Assembly (NCBI GenBank): GCA_030427705.1
Contig: JAUIBR010000002.1
Coordinates: 92,631-156,630 of the forward strand
Origin: a bacterium
Lineage (GTDB): Bacteria; Myxococcota_A; Bradymonadia; Bradymonadales; Bradymonadaceae
Direction: 5' to 3'
DNA: 64,000 nucleotides
In this document: positions 17,778 to 26,270 of the stretch, piece after piece
Layout: each line of letters opens with the position of its first letter
How positions within the stretch are numbered: position 1 is the stretch's first letter
The notes under the pieces: generated by a model
What the model was told of the DNA's origin: nothing
Database searches by the model: none
Seen by the model: the letters and a program-made list of their open reading frames with translations, nothing else
Position numbers and translations under genes: made by a program

Positions 17778-20030
17778 CTAGCGCGCTTCTACCGTATTCC
17801 GACCGCTTCGCCAACGTGTGCGATTCGCCCATTCTTCGCCAGCTTGCGCATACGGACTAGACTTCGCTTTGGACAATTGTTCAAACACTTCAATGGCCTC
17901 GTCTCTACCCAGCCAATAGAGCGCCTGTCCGTACATTAGCTCCGTCTCATATTCCAAAATTTCATCGCCCATTCGGCCGCGCGCAGCATCCAAAAATGGA
18001 AGTGCCCGCGTAAACTCATTGGCCCCCCATAGCCGACGTCCGATCAAGTAGTTAGCAAGGGGGTTATCAGGATTTCGGCGCACCCAATCGGTTGGGTAGA
18101 ACAACGCGACCTGGGAGTCCGGCTCACGCAACAGGTAATCGAGCCCAAGTTCGGCGGTCGGTCCGGACGTCGAACGCAACGTCCCGCGTTTCACCGTCAC
18201 CAACCGATGTGTATCGAGCGGAACCCCAAGCTCCAAACACCGCGAGTACTCACCATCAGCGTTCTTCAAGCTCCCCTTGACCCAGAGCGCATCGCCCAAG
18301 AGTTGACGGCCTTGCGCCTCGAACGACGGCCCCAAATCAGCATCGATGACCTTCTGTGCGGTTGCCGCCGCTTCATCAAAGCGCTGAACCTTTAAGAGAA
18401 ACTGGGCATACTCAAGTTGATATCGAGGATTGTCGTCATAACCCAGAATCTTCTGGAAGAGCGCCTCGGCCTGATTGACGTCGGATGCGTCCAACGCCAG
18501 ATACGCCTCACGTCGCCACTCGCCGATGACTCGCGCACACTTCTTCTGAAATATGCTGGGTTTGTCGTAAACGAAGCGGGCTTGCGCCTTCTGCCGTTCG
18601 GACAATTCCACGGTGTCGATAAACGCTTCCCATTCCGACACCAGCTCGTCCACGGATTTGCCATAAGCCTTCTCGAACTCACCATGGCCGTATGCGGCGC
18701 GGATCTTCTCGATTCCATACGTATCGCGCAGGTAACGAATAAACGAGCCGACCAAGGTGTAGGCGCGCCCAGAGCTCGCCGTCCAGAATCCACTCGCACT
18801 CAGAAGCCGACGAATGTCAGGTGCTCTATCCAAGGCGCGCAGCGCAGCAGATGCCTCGTGAGGCGTCATATTGCGTGCTGGCCAATCGGCGGCGGTGGCA
18901 ATTCCCTCGACCAGCCCCATGTTGATGCCCACAAGGTAGCGGGTGCTCAAGCGCAAGGGGCCAGTTCCGAAAGATGGTGTGAACAAGTGCGAAAGCTCGT
19001 GTGCCAGCAAGTGGTCGCCGGGTTTGCGCCACATGATGTGCATCTCTCCAAGCCATAGCTTCGCGACGAGGGTACGTCGCCCGCCCATCAGTTGGCCCTT
19101 CACTTCCCGGTTGGGATAGACATAGCTCTCGAGCTTATCGCCGCCGTCCTTCACGGGGTCCAAACCGAAGAACTCGACCATTTCGTGGTAGCGAAACTCG
19201 TGGTCGTCTTTCAGGTGCTCTATCTCTTTTCGAAACTGCGCGTTGGCAGGGAAATAGATGATGAAGTGCTCGGTCTCGACGCGTCCACCAAGCTGCTTCT
19301 GAATGTGTGCCCGGTCGATGTCGATGCCGTGGTCGACGCGGTTGGTGAACATCCATGCACACCCAACAAACGCGAAGACCGCAACTACAGCCATCAAGGC
19401 GTGGGGTCGCCCTGTGCGAAACCGCCAGCGAGCATCGAAGGCACTGACGACAGTCGCCACGCCTAGCAAACACATGACTCGGTACCAGACCAAGGACGAC
19501 GGCACGCTCAGCGCTTCGTCGTAGATCGAGCCACTGAAGTAGCCCAAAAACCACTGAAAGCCCGTGATCGGCGGCTGGAGTGCCAAATGGGCTAGAAACC
19601 ACGCGATGGAACCGATGACAGCGGCGACGGAAACCAAGATCCGCACGCCGCGCGTCCGAAATCCGCCCACCGACAGAAGCGCCACAGTTTGCCCGATGAG
19701 CAACGAGGGCACGACCAGCACCAACCAGAACAACAATCCAGTGGCTGGGTCACAGTTCTCGACACGAAGTCCGTTCAGCGTCAGCAACGCCAACGGCCCC
19801 GAAAGTAAAAGCAGATGCCAGGCCAATAGCTGAAGGCTGCGAACCCAAGGCGAGTCCAGCGTTTGGAAGGATGTCGGACAGCGCTCAGTCCAGAAGCGAT
19901 GACCTAGCGCAACGGACGCAAACCCGCCAATGACCGCAAATAGCGCCGCCGATTCGTAACCCACAATATTGAACAGTGGGACAAAACAACAAATCAGCCC
20001 CAGCAGCAGATAGCCGAACGCGAGCTTCAT
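17778..20030 (-). CDS. Polytopic membrane protein (about 8 N-terminal TM helices) fused to a Peptidase_MA_2-like HExxH domain and a TPR-like C-terminus
   Basis: Hydrophobic N-terminal 330 aa. Zincin motif LAHELSHLF ... GLVEGIATAADW. TPR-like C-terminal helices. Confidence 0.55.
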   Translation of the reverse strand: MKLAFGYLLLGLICCFVPLFNIVGYESAALFAVIGGFASVALGHRFWTERCPTSFQTLDSPWVRSLQLLAWHLLLLSGPLALLTLNGLRVENCDPATGLLFWLVLVVPSLLIGQTVALLSVGGFRTRGVRILVSVAAVIGSIAWFLAHLALQPPITGFQWFLGYFSGSIYDEALSVPSSLVWYRVMCLLGVATVVSAFDARWRFRTGRPHALMAVVAVFAFVGCAWMFTNRVDHGIDIDRAHIQKQLGGRVETEHFIIYFPANAQFRKEIEHLKDDHEFRYHEMVEFFGLDPVKDGGDKLESYVYPNREVKGQLMGGRRTLVAKLWLGEMHIMWRKPGDHLLAHELSHLFTPSFGTGPLRLSTRYLVGINMGLVEGIATAADWPARNMTPHEASAALRALDRAPDIRRLLSASGFWTASSGRAYTLVGSFIRYLRDTYGIEKIRAAYGHGEFEKAYGKSVDELVSEWEAFIDTVELSERQKAQARFVYDKPSIFQKKCARVIGEWRREAYLALDASDVNQAEALFQKILGYDDNPRYQLEYAQFLLKVQRFDEAAATAQKVIDADLGPSFEAQGRQLLGDALWVKGSLKNADGEYSRCLELGVPLDTHRLVTVKRGTLRSTSGPTAELGLDYLLREPDSQVALFYPTDWVRRNPDNPLANYLIGRRLWGANEFTRALPFLDAARGRMGDEILEYETELMYGQALYWLGRDEAIEVFEQLSKAKSSPYAQAGEEWANRTRWRSGRNTVEAR

Positions 20031-20033
20031 GAA

Positions 20034-20759
20034 TTACTTGGACCGGGGCATGTACTGGGCGTCGAAGTTGCCCATCTTCATCACCTGCCCCTTTTTGATG
20101 CCGTGCTTTTGGACCCAGCCGGCTTTCAGCTCGATGACGTATCGAGCCGGACCTTCGGACTGCCGCCCTTGCAGGGTCAGTGGTTCGGCGCCCTCGATGA
20201 AGCTGACGACCTTTCCGTCATCGCCTACGAACACCATATCCAGAGGCATCAATGTGTTCTTCATCCAGAAGGACCGAATTCCCTCGGTCGGGTAGATGAA
20301 AATCATGCCCCAGTCGTCTTTCATTTCGCGTCGGAACATCAGACCGCGAGTTTGTTCGTAGTCTGGGATGGCGGTCTCCATGAAGAAACGCGAGGGCTTA
20401 GGACTCGTCTGAAACTCGACCCAAGGCGTGGATTCATCATGCTCGCCCGTGATGGCGGGTGGAGTCTTGCAGAAGCCATCGATACAACGCAGGAATCCAC
20501 GGCAGCCGCGGTCATCGCGGCAGGCCTTGGCCTCTTCGGTAGGCTTGGGCGAGTCCTTTTGCGCGGTCGGGTCCTTTTTAGGTTCGACCTTTGGCTCAAC
20601 CGGTTTGGGCTTAGGCGTCTCTTTCGGCTGTTCGGGAGCAACCGGCGGTTCCGGCTGTTTCTCTTGGTCCGTTTTGCAGGCCGTCAGGGCCAGCAGCAGC
20701 AGACTACTTACCGCGAAGCGTTTGATTAATGAGCGCTTGAAGGTCAGCGTCTTTTTCAT
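20034..20759 (-). CDS. DUF192-family lipoprotein with a Pro/Lys/Glu-rich linker and a 4-Cys motif
   Basis: Lipobox LALTACK. PEPK-type linker. CRDDRGCRGFLRCIDGFC. The C-terminal DUF192-like region is MIFIYPTEG ... WMKNTLMPLDMVF. Confidence 0.6.
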   Translation of the reverse strand: MKKTLTFKRSLIKRFAVSSLLLLALTACKTDQEKQPEPPVAPEQPKETPKPKPVEPKVEPKKDPTAQKDSPKPTEEAKACRDDRGCRGFLRCIDGFCKTPPAITGEHDESTPWVEFQTSPKPSRFFMETAIPDYEQTRGLMFRREMKDDWGMIFIYPTEGIRSFWMKNTLMPLDMVFVGDDGKVVSFIEGAEPLTLQGRQSEGPARYVIELKAGWVQKHGIKKGQVMKMGNFDAQYMPRSK

Positions 20760-22971
20760 TCTTTGCTCGGTCTTTCAGCAGTGGCGTCGCGCCCAATTTG
20801 CCCATAGCGATGATGGCTTCGCGGCGAACCTTTTTATCAGGGTCGTTTGCAACGCTCAGTACCAGTTCTTTAGCGCTAGGGTGGCCCGTCTCTCCGAGTG
20901 CGGCGATGGCGGCCAACCGCATGTCCTCTTCGTCGGCGTTCAATTGCAGGGCGATACCCGTGACAGCCTTGTCGTCTTTGAACGTGCCCAATGCGGTCAC
21001 GGAGGCGATTCGGACGGACAAGTCATCATCGGTCACACCACCAGACAGAAGCGAAATCACTTCACGAACGCCTTGTTTGTCGTCTCGAGACACGAGTCGG
21101 GCGAGCGTGGTCATCGCAGCCGCTCGGACGGCAGGTGACTTGTGTTTTGCGAGTGCTTTGAACTTGTCCCACTTGCCGGCTTCGCCGCGTTTTCCAAGCG
21201 ATGTCACTGCCGCAGCTTGTACTTCAGCTGAGCTGTCTTCCAGGTACTTCGTCAGCTCTTCCAGAAGCTCGGCGCCCTTGAAGTTGCCCATCCCGGTTGC
21301 GACGTCGGCACGCACTGAATCACTCTTGTCGCTGATGACCGTCTTGAGCGCCGTAGCGGCACGCTTGTCAGCAAAGACGCCGATCGCGCGAGCACACGCA
21401 CCACGAATCAGCGGGTCACGACTCTTGAGCCCATCGGTCAGCACCTTGAATGTCTTGGCGTTGGCTTTCTTCTCTTTCTGCGCACGCTCACCAACCGCAC
21501 TGTATGCGGCCCGCTTCACGTTTGCGTCCTTTACGTTGGTCTGCTCCAGAACGACCTTTAATGGCTGCTTGACCATCAATTCATAGCCAGCTTTCTCCAT
21601 GTATTCGGCGTCCTTCTTCGACTTGATGGCCCGCGAAAACGCTGCTGCAGATTTGACATCGCCTCGATTCACGAGCTCGTCCGCCGTCGTGCGGCGAGTC
21701 CAGCGGGTATCGCTGGTGATATACGACTCAAGCGTGGTGCGTGCTGCATCGTCTTTGACGCTGTTCATCGCGACGATTGCCTTGGTGCCCTCGTCCTCTT
21801 TGGCGTTCAGGACCAGGTAGTTCAGACCCGCAATCTTCTGTGGGACGGTCTTGTCCTCGGACAGGTCGCGCGCAATCTGCAGGCGAACGTCAGCGTTGAC
21901 TTTGGAGTCCTTCAGGGCCTTCTCTTGCGCTGCAGCGGCATTGACTTTCTCCAACGACTCAGCCGCGGCAAATGCCACCTTGAGGCGTTTATCGGTCAAA
22001 TGGTCGGCAAGCGCAGGGACGACGCGCTCGTCCTTGTAACCTGCAAGTTCTTTGGCCGCCGCGAGTGATGCCTTCTCGTCGCCCTTCTCGAGGTAATAGA
22101 GAGGCTTCTGGATATTGTATTTCTTATCTTTGACCTTACCCAGGAACTCCGCGCCTTTGGCGGCCAGCTTGGCGTCCTTCTCGGCCTTCAGGAATGCAAC
22201 TGCAGCGTCCGCGACAACGGTGTTGTTTCGCTCAGGTTCCAAGACCTCCAGCGCCGTTTCACGAACGGCTGCGCGGCTATCCTTCAAAAGCGCAGCGACT
22301 TGCTCCGCGTAAGGAACTTTCAGTGTTGGCAGCGCCTTTGCGACATTCGTCACTGTGTAGGCGTCCTTTGCGTTCAGGTAACTGTACAGGGCCTTGACCA
22401 GCTCAGGGTCCTTATTGCGCCATTTTGCGGCGACTTCTGTCGATGGGTGGATGCTGCCGTCGGGGAACACCACCTGCGCATGTGGCGTGCTCAGAGACGG
22501 AATCGCGCGCCACAGTGGTACCTGAAGCGCGTAGTGTGGGAATGGCACATCTTCTCGCGACATCGGACCGGTCGTGTAACCGGGGAAATCCACGCCTTTC
22601 ACACCAAGCTCCGTCAGCGTGAACACCGTTTCGGCGATGATAATCAGCGAGTACTTCGACACTTTGGGCGAGATATTAACCGTGACCTTGGCGGTCGCTG
22701 GATTGTTGCCCTTCACGATGATGGCCGAGCCGCCATACGTACCACGCTTTGCTTTCTTCAGGAGCGTGAACGCACGTTTGATATGCGTGGCCGTCGGCTT
22801 GCCTTTGAGCGAAATCTCGGCCTTCGGGATAAGGACCCACTGTGTGGTCGTGTCGATCTCAACTTTTTCGTATGAGTAGCGGACCGTACCCGCATCTGCG
22901 GCGGCCGACGAACTGATCGTCAAAGTGACAAGTGCAGCAATCAAGGCTGCGATCACGGGTCGTTGCATCAT
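20704..22971 (-). CDS. Secreted HEAT-repeat (PBS-lyase-type) protein
   Basis: Signal peptide MMQRPVIAALIAALVTLTISSSAAADA. Many D..VR..A..AL HEAT-like repeats. The 3' end overlaps the DUF192 gene start by 56 nt. Confidence 0.6.
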   Translation of the reverse strand: MMQRPVIAALIAALVTLTISSSAAADAGTVRYSYEKVEIDTTTQWVLIPKAEISLKGKPTATHIKRAFTLLKKAKRGTYGGSAIIVKGNNPATAKVTVNISPKVSKYSLIIIAETVFTLTELGVKGVDFPGYTTGPMSREDVPFPHYALQVPLWRAIPSLSTPHAQVVFPDGSIHPSTEVAAKWRNKDPELVKALYSYLNAKDAYTVTNVAKALPTLKVPYAEQVAALLKDSRAAVRETALEVLEPERNNTVVADAAVAFLKAEKDAKLAAKGAEFLGKVKDKKYNIQKPLYYLEKGDEKASLAAAKELAGYKDERVVPALADHLTDKRLKVAFAAAESLEKVNAAAAQEKALKDSKVNADVRLQIARDLSEDKTVPQKIAGLNYLVLNAKEDEGTKAIVAMNSVKDDAARTTLESYITSDTRWTRRTTADELVNRGDVKSAAAFSRAIKSKKDAEYMEKAGYELMVKQPLKVVLEQTNVKDANVKRAAYSAVGERAQKEKKANAKTFKVLTDGLKSRDPLIRGACARAIGVFADKRAATALKTVISDKSDSVRADVATGMGNFKGAELLEELTKYLEDSSAEVQAAAVTSLGKRGEAGKWDKFKALAKHKSPAVRAAAMTTLARLVSRDDKQGVREVISLLSGGVTDDDLSVRIASVTALGTFKDDKAVTGIALQLNADEEDMRLAAIAALGETGHPSAKELVLSVANDPDKKVRREAIIAMGKLGATPLLKDRAKNEKDADLQALINQTLRGK

Positions 22972-23080
22972 TCCATCACCTAATCTTGATCCTCAAAACG
23001 CCCACGGGTTCAACCGATATGAGGTGGTCGGGAATTCCGACAGGCGTGCATTTGCGCGCGCGGACAGTACCACGCCGGAC

Positions 23081-23108
23081 AAAAAAAAGAACCCGCGATT
23101 GCGGGTTC
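23081..23108 (-). terminator. Rho-independent terminator downstream of the small zinc-ribbon gene
   Basis: AAAAAAAA-gaacccgc-gatt-gcgggttc. On the minus strand this is a perfect 8-bp hairpin followed by U8. Confidence 0.75.
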
Positions 23109-23150
23109 TAAATTATCACGTTCGCAGCCGATTTCGGCTGAGCAACTTGA

Positions 23151-23357
23151 TTAGATATCAAGCGTGCCTGCGACAGCACCTGCGGTCGTGACGAGAGTGT
23201 TGCAGGAATTGTTCTGGCAGAGCCAGTACATTCCGCTTGGACCGTTAGCGCGCAGTACACGTGCCATGTCCATTTCATTTTCGCAGCTTGGGCAGGAACG
23301 CTTCCAAGCCTTGCCTTTCTTCTGACTTGCAATTTTTGCGGGTTTCTTCGTAGCCAT
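23151..23357 (-). CDS. Small (68 aa) basic zinc-ribbon protein
   Basis: CPSC-x20-CQNNSC 4-Cys ribbon. Lys-rich N-terminus. A strong terminator lies immediately 3'. Confidence 0.5.
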   Translation of the reverse strand: MATKKPAKIASQKKGKAWKRSCPSCENEMDMARVLRANGPSGMYWLCQNNSCNTLVTTAGAVAGTLDI

Positions 23358-23554
23358 TTTATTCTCCTACACACGCAAAGTGCGCTGTCTAATCTCGATT
23401 GTCGCAAAACCGAGTTGCATCACTCTCGGCGTTTGCCGCTCCTTCAAGCCCCAAACCGCAGAAATCTGCAATCCGTGGCGAAGGGTCGCAGGTAATAGAG
23501 GAACACAACCGCGATGTCAAGGAGTTGGCTTTCCCACCCTGAGTTTTGGTGTAA

Positions 23555-23761
23555 CTACGAGATCTGGAGCATTCGATCTTTCAGCGCCAACTTGCGCTTC
23601 TTCAGCACCTGGCGCTCGTATTGCTCGGTCGGCGAAAGCGACCTCTGTCTATCCAGCTGGCTCAGTCTTGTCTTCAAACTTTCGTGCTGCTCGCGAAGAA
23701 CGGAAATGTCGTCGGAGAACGGAAATGCGCGTGAAGACCGCTTGAGCATGTGAACCTCCAT
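23555..23761 (-). CDS. DUF465/YdcH-family small protein
   Basis: The C-terminus LSPTEQYERQVLKKRKLALKDRMLQI matches the DUF465 consensus ...sdeEl..LKKeKL.LKDei. Confidence 0.55.
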   Translation of the reverse strand: MEVHMLKRSSRAFPFSDDISVLREQHESLKTRLSQLDRQRSLSPTEQYERQVLKKRKLALKDRMLQIS

Positions 23762-23866
23762 TAGGTTTCAAGTTGCTGATTTTCAATAGACTTTTCGTCG
23801 GCCAACAAAGATAGCGACTTAGAGACTAAACTGTCAACGAATCACCGGAATTCTGGGATTCAAAAA

Positions 23867-26032
23867 CTACATATCGTCGACGGATGGGTCGAGCGATTTG
23901 CTTGATTCTCGCAGCTTTTTGAGCTTCTCAGATTCCTCTTCGGTGAGCTCCACATCGGCGGTCTGTTTTAGATCACCTTCGGCATTTGGATTGACCTTCG
24001 TGATCGCTGGCGCCTTCTTGAAAATGCCCGAAAGTGGCCGTTTCTTCAGCTCTTCCGCAGGGTCTGGCTCGGACTCAAGTTCCGCCTCCGACAACGCGTC
24101 GTTGACATCGAAGTCCTCCCAGTCATCGCCCAGGTCGATGTCGATGCTCTGATCCACATCCTCACCGGACACAACTTCGGGAATATCGGATTCTTCATCG
24201 TCTTCGATGTCATTGACTTCGACTTCAGAAATTTCACTCAGGATGGCGTCCAATGACTCGTCACCGGGCGCCAATTTGATGCCCAGGTCGTCGTCTGAGT
24301 CGTGTTCATCCTCGAACGCCTCGCTTTCTTCGACGACGAGGTCGTCAGATACAGGGATCGCTGGCTCGGAATAGTCAGACGGCGCCATCCCAATTTTGCT
24401 TGGAGGGTCTTCGCCTACGCGCGGCGCGTTTTCCCCAGCATCGAGCGTGTCGGACAATTCTTCGGACGCGGAAATCGCGTCGGGGGCGTCGATCTTCGGC
24501 GTCAGCTCCGCATCCGAGGCACCGTTTAATCCCGGTGGGGGCTCGTCTGCGGGCTCATCGTCGGGAATGTCAGGAATGTCCAGGAACGTAGCCTCGCGAT
24601 ACGGCTCCTCTTCCTTCTCAACTTCGCTTGGAAGGTCATAGCCAACTGGCTCGTCCGCTTGTGCAGGGTCAACCTTCGTGGGTTCATCCCCGCGTTTCAC
24701 CGGCTTCCACGGGTCGTCCTGTAAGCTGCGCATAATGTCGCTGTTTTCGGCGACCAATCCCAAGGCATTCTTGCCGGTCAGCACCTGATTCATCAGGTCG
24801 CGGTAACCCAACGCAAGGTCATTCATGGGCAGGGAGTTTGAGTCGGGCACATCAAAGAAGTGTCGCGCAATCGGCAAGAGCGCGATGTCGTCCAGCTGCT
24901 TTGCGGGGATCACGCCACGCTCACCAGTTTCAGGGTCTTCGACCGAACGTACGGCTCCCATGTCCGACAGTTCGGAGACTACTGAGCGGAGGAATACTTC
25001 GTTGTAGCCTAGCGTGCGAATGAGGTCGTTTTCAGGAATGCTTCCGTGCCCTTCCTTGAAGTGACGCGCGATCGGCGCCAGTACCTCGAGTCCAACCAAC
25101 GGGTTGTGGATGCTAGCCTTCTGTTTGGACGGAAGGCGTTGTTGCGCCGCATCGACCTCGACCAAGGTCCGTAAATGCTGCACGCAATAGGCGAGCTCAG
25201 CACCGATCATGACCAAGATCCACGAGACATAAATCCACAACAGCGAGATGGGGATGAGTCCAAGCGCGCCGTAGATGGTGCGATACGACTCGAAAATCAC
25301 CTCGTTAACGTAGAGGTTGAATCCCCATTGGGCGGCTTTGAACGCGTAGGCAGTGAACAGACCGCCGACGATCGCCGCGGGCCATCGCACCTTGGTGTGC
25401 GGCAAGAGCCAATGCATCAGGGTAAATAGCCCAAACACCAGCAAATACGGGACGAAGGTGTTCAGGAAGAACCCCGACTCAAGCCCCATGCGGCTCAGGA
25501 CCAATTGCGCTCGAGCGCTGAGGCCAACCGACAACGAGAGGAAGAGTGGACCGATCGTGACGACGAAATAGAAGTTCAGTAGCTTCTTGAAGAACTTGCG
25601 GTCCTTCGGCGCGCCCCAGACCACATTGAACGCCGACTCCATCTCCATGAACAGCAGGATTCCGACGACCAAGAAGATGACGGCGCTGACCGACCCGAGC
25701 GTCGCCGCACTGGTAGAGAACTCGGCGAGGTAGTCGGCGACTTCTGCCGCCACGGCGGGAAATGCCTGTTGTAGGAACGACTCAATTCCAGGGCTTTCTT
25801 CTTCAAACGTGCCAAACACGGCGAAGATAGAAGTCACCACGCTTAGCAGTGGGACAATCGAGATTGCTGTGGTGAAAGCAAGGCTAGCGCTCAGAATCGG
25901 GGCCCGGTCGCGGAAGAACTCACGGCCGGTGTAATAGACCGCAAACACCAACGCCAACGCATTGAACTGCCACGATTTGAGGGATTCCCAGTCGCCTTGT
26001 TTGAACCGAGCAAGGACGCCAGATTCAGCCAT
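23867..26032 (-). CDS. YihY/BrkB-family membrane protein with a long acidic C-terminal extension
   Basis: ATG at 26032 (MAESGVLARFK...). YihY core: ASLAFTTAISIVPLL and six TM helices. Two roughly 45-aa repeats start with L.PIARHF. The tail is a roughly 250-aa D/E-rich disordered region. Confidence 0.7.
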   Translation of the reverse strand: MAESGVLARFKQGDWESLKSWQFNALALVFAVYYTGREFFRDRAPILSASLAFTTAISIVPLLSVVTSIFAVFGTFEEESPGIESFLQQAFPAVAAEVADYLAEFSTSAATLGSVSAVIFLVVGILLFMEMESAFNVVWGAPKDRKFFKKLLNFYFVVTIGPLFLSLSVGLSARAQLVLSRMGLESGFFLNTFVPYLLVFGLFTLMHWLLPHTKVRWPAAIVGGLFTAYAFKAAQWGFNLYVNEVIFESYRTIYGALGLIPISLLWIYVSWILVMIGAELAYCVQHLRTLVEVDAAQQRLPSKQKASIHNPLVGLEVLAPIARHFKEGHGSIPENDLIRTLGYNEVFLRSVVSELSDMGAVRSVEDPETGERGVIPAKQLDDIALLPIARHFFDVPDSNSLPMNDLALGYRDLMNQVLTGKNALGLVAENSDIMRSLQDDPWKPVKRGDEPTKVDPAQADEPVGYDLPSEVEKEEEPYREATFLDIPDIPDDEPADEPPPGLNGASDAELTPKIDAPDAISASEELSDTLDAGENAPRVGEDPPSKIGMAPSDYSEPAIPVSDDLVVEESEAFEDEHDSDDDLGIKLAPGDESLDAILSEISEVEVNDIEDDEESDIPEVVSGEDVDQSIDIDLGDDWEDFDVNDALSEAELESEPDPAEELKKRPLSGIFKKAPAITKVNPNAEGDLKQTADVELTEEESEKLKKLRESSKSLDPSVDDM

Positions 26033-26270
26033 GAAATTTACTCGCAAGTTCCAACAATTAAGAACGAGCAGATTAGTGGATTGCCCCATCGTTGAACAGG
26101 GGAACAAATCCGACATGACGAACGTTCGACCCAATAGCGAAATGACGCACCCCCTTGAGATCGGCTGATCATCGGATCGCGAGCGAATTCAGCCGCTTTC
26201 TGGCATCAAAGTGCGACTTCGTGCATAATAAGGATCGACCGTTCTACGAACAAATTGCAATGGGTCCCGA

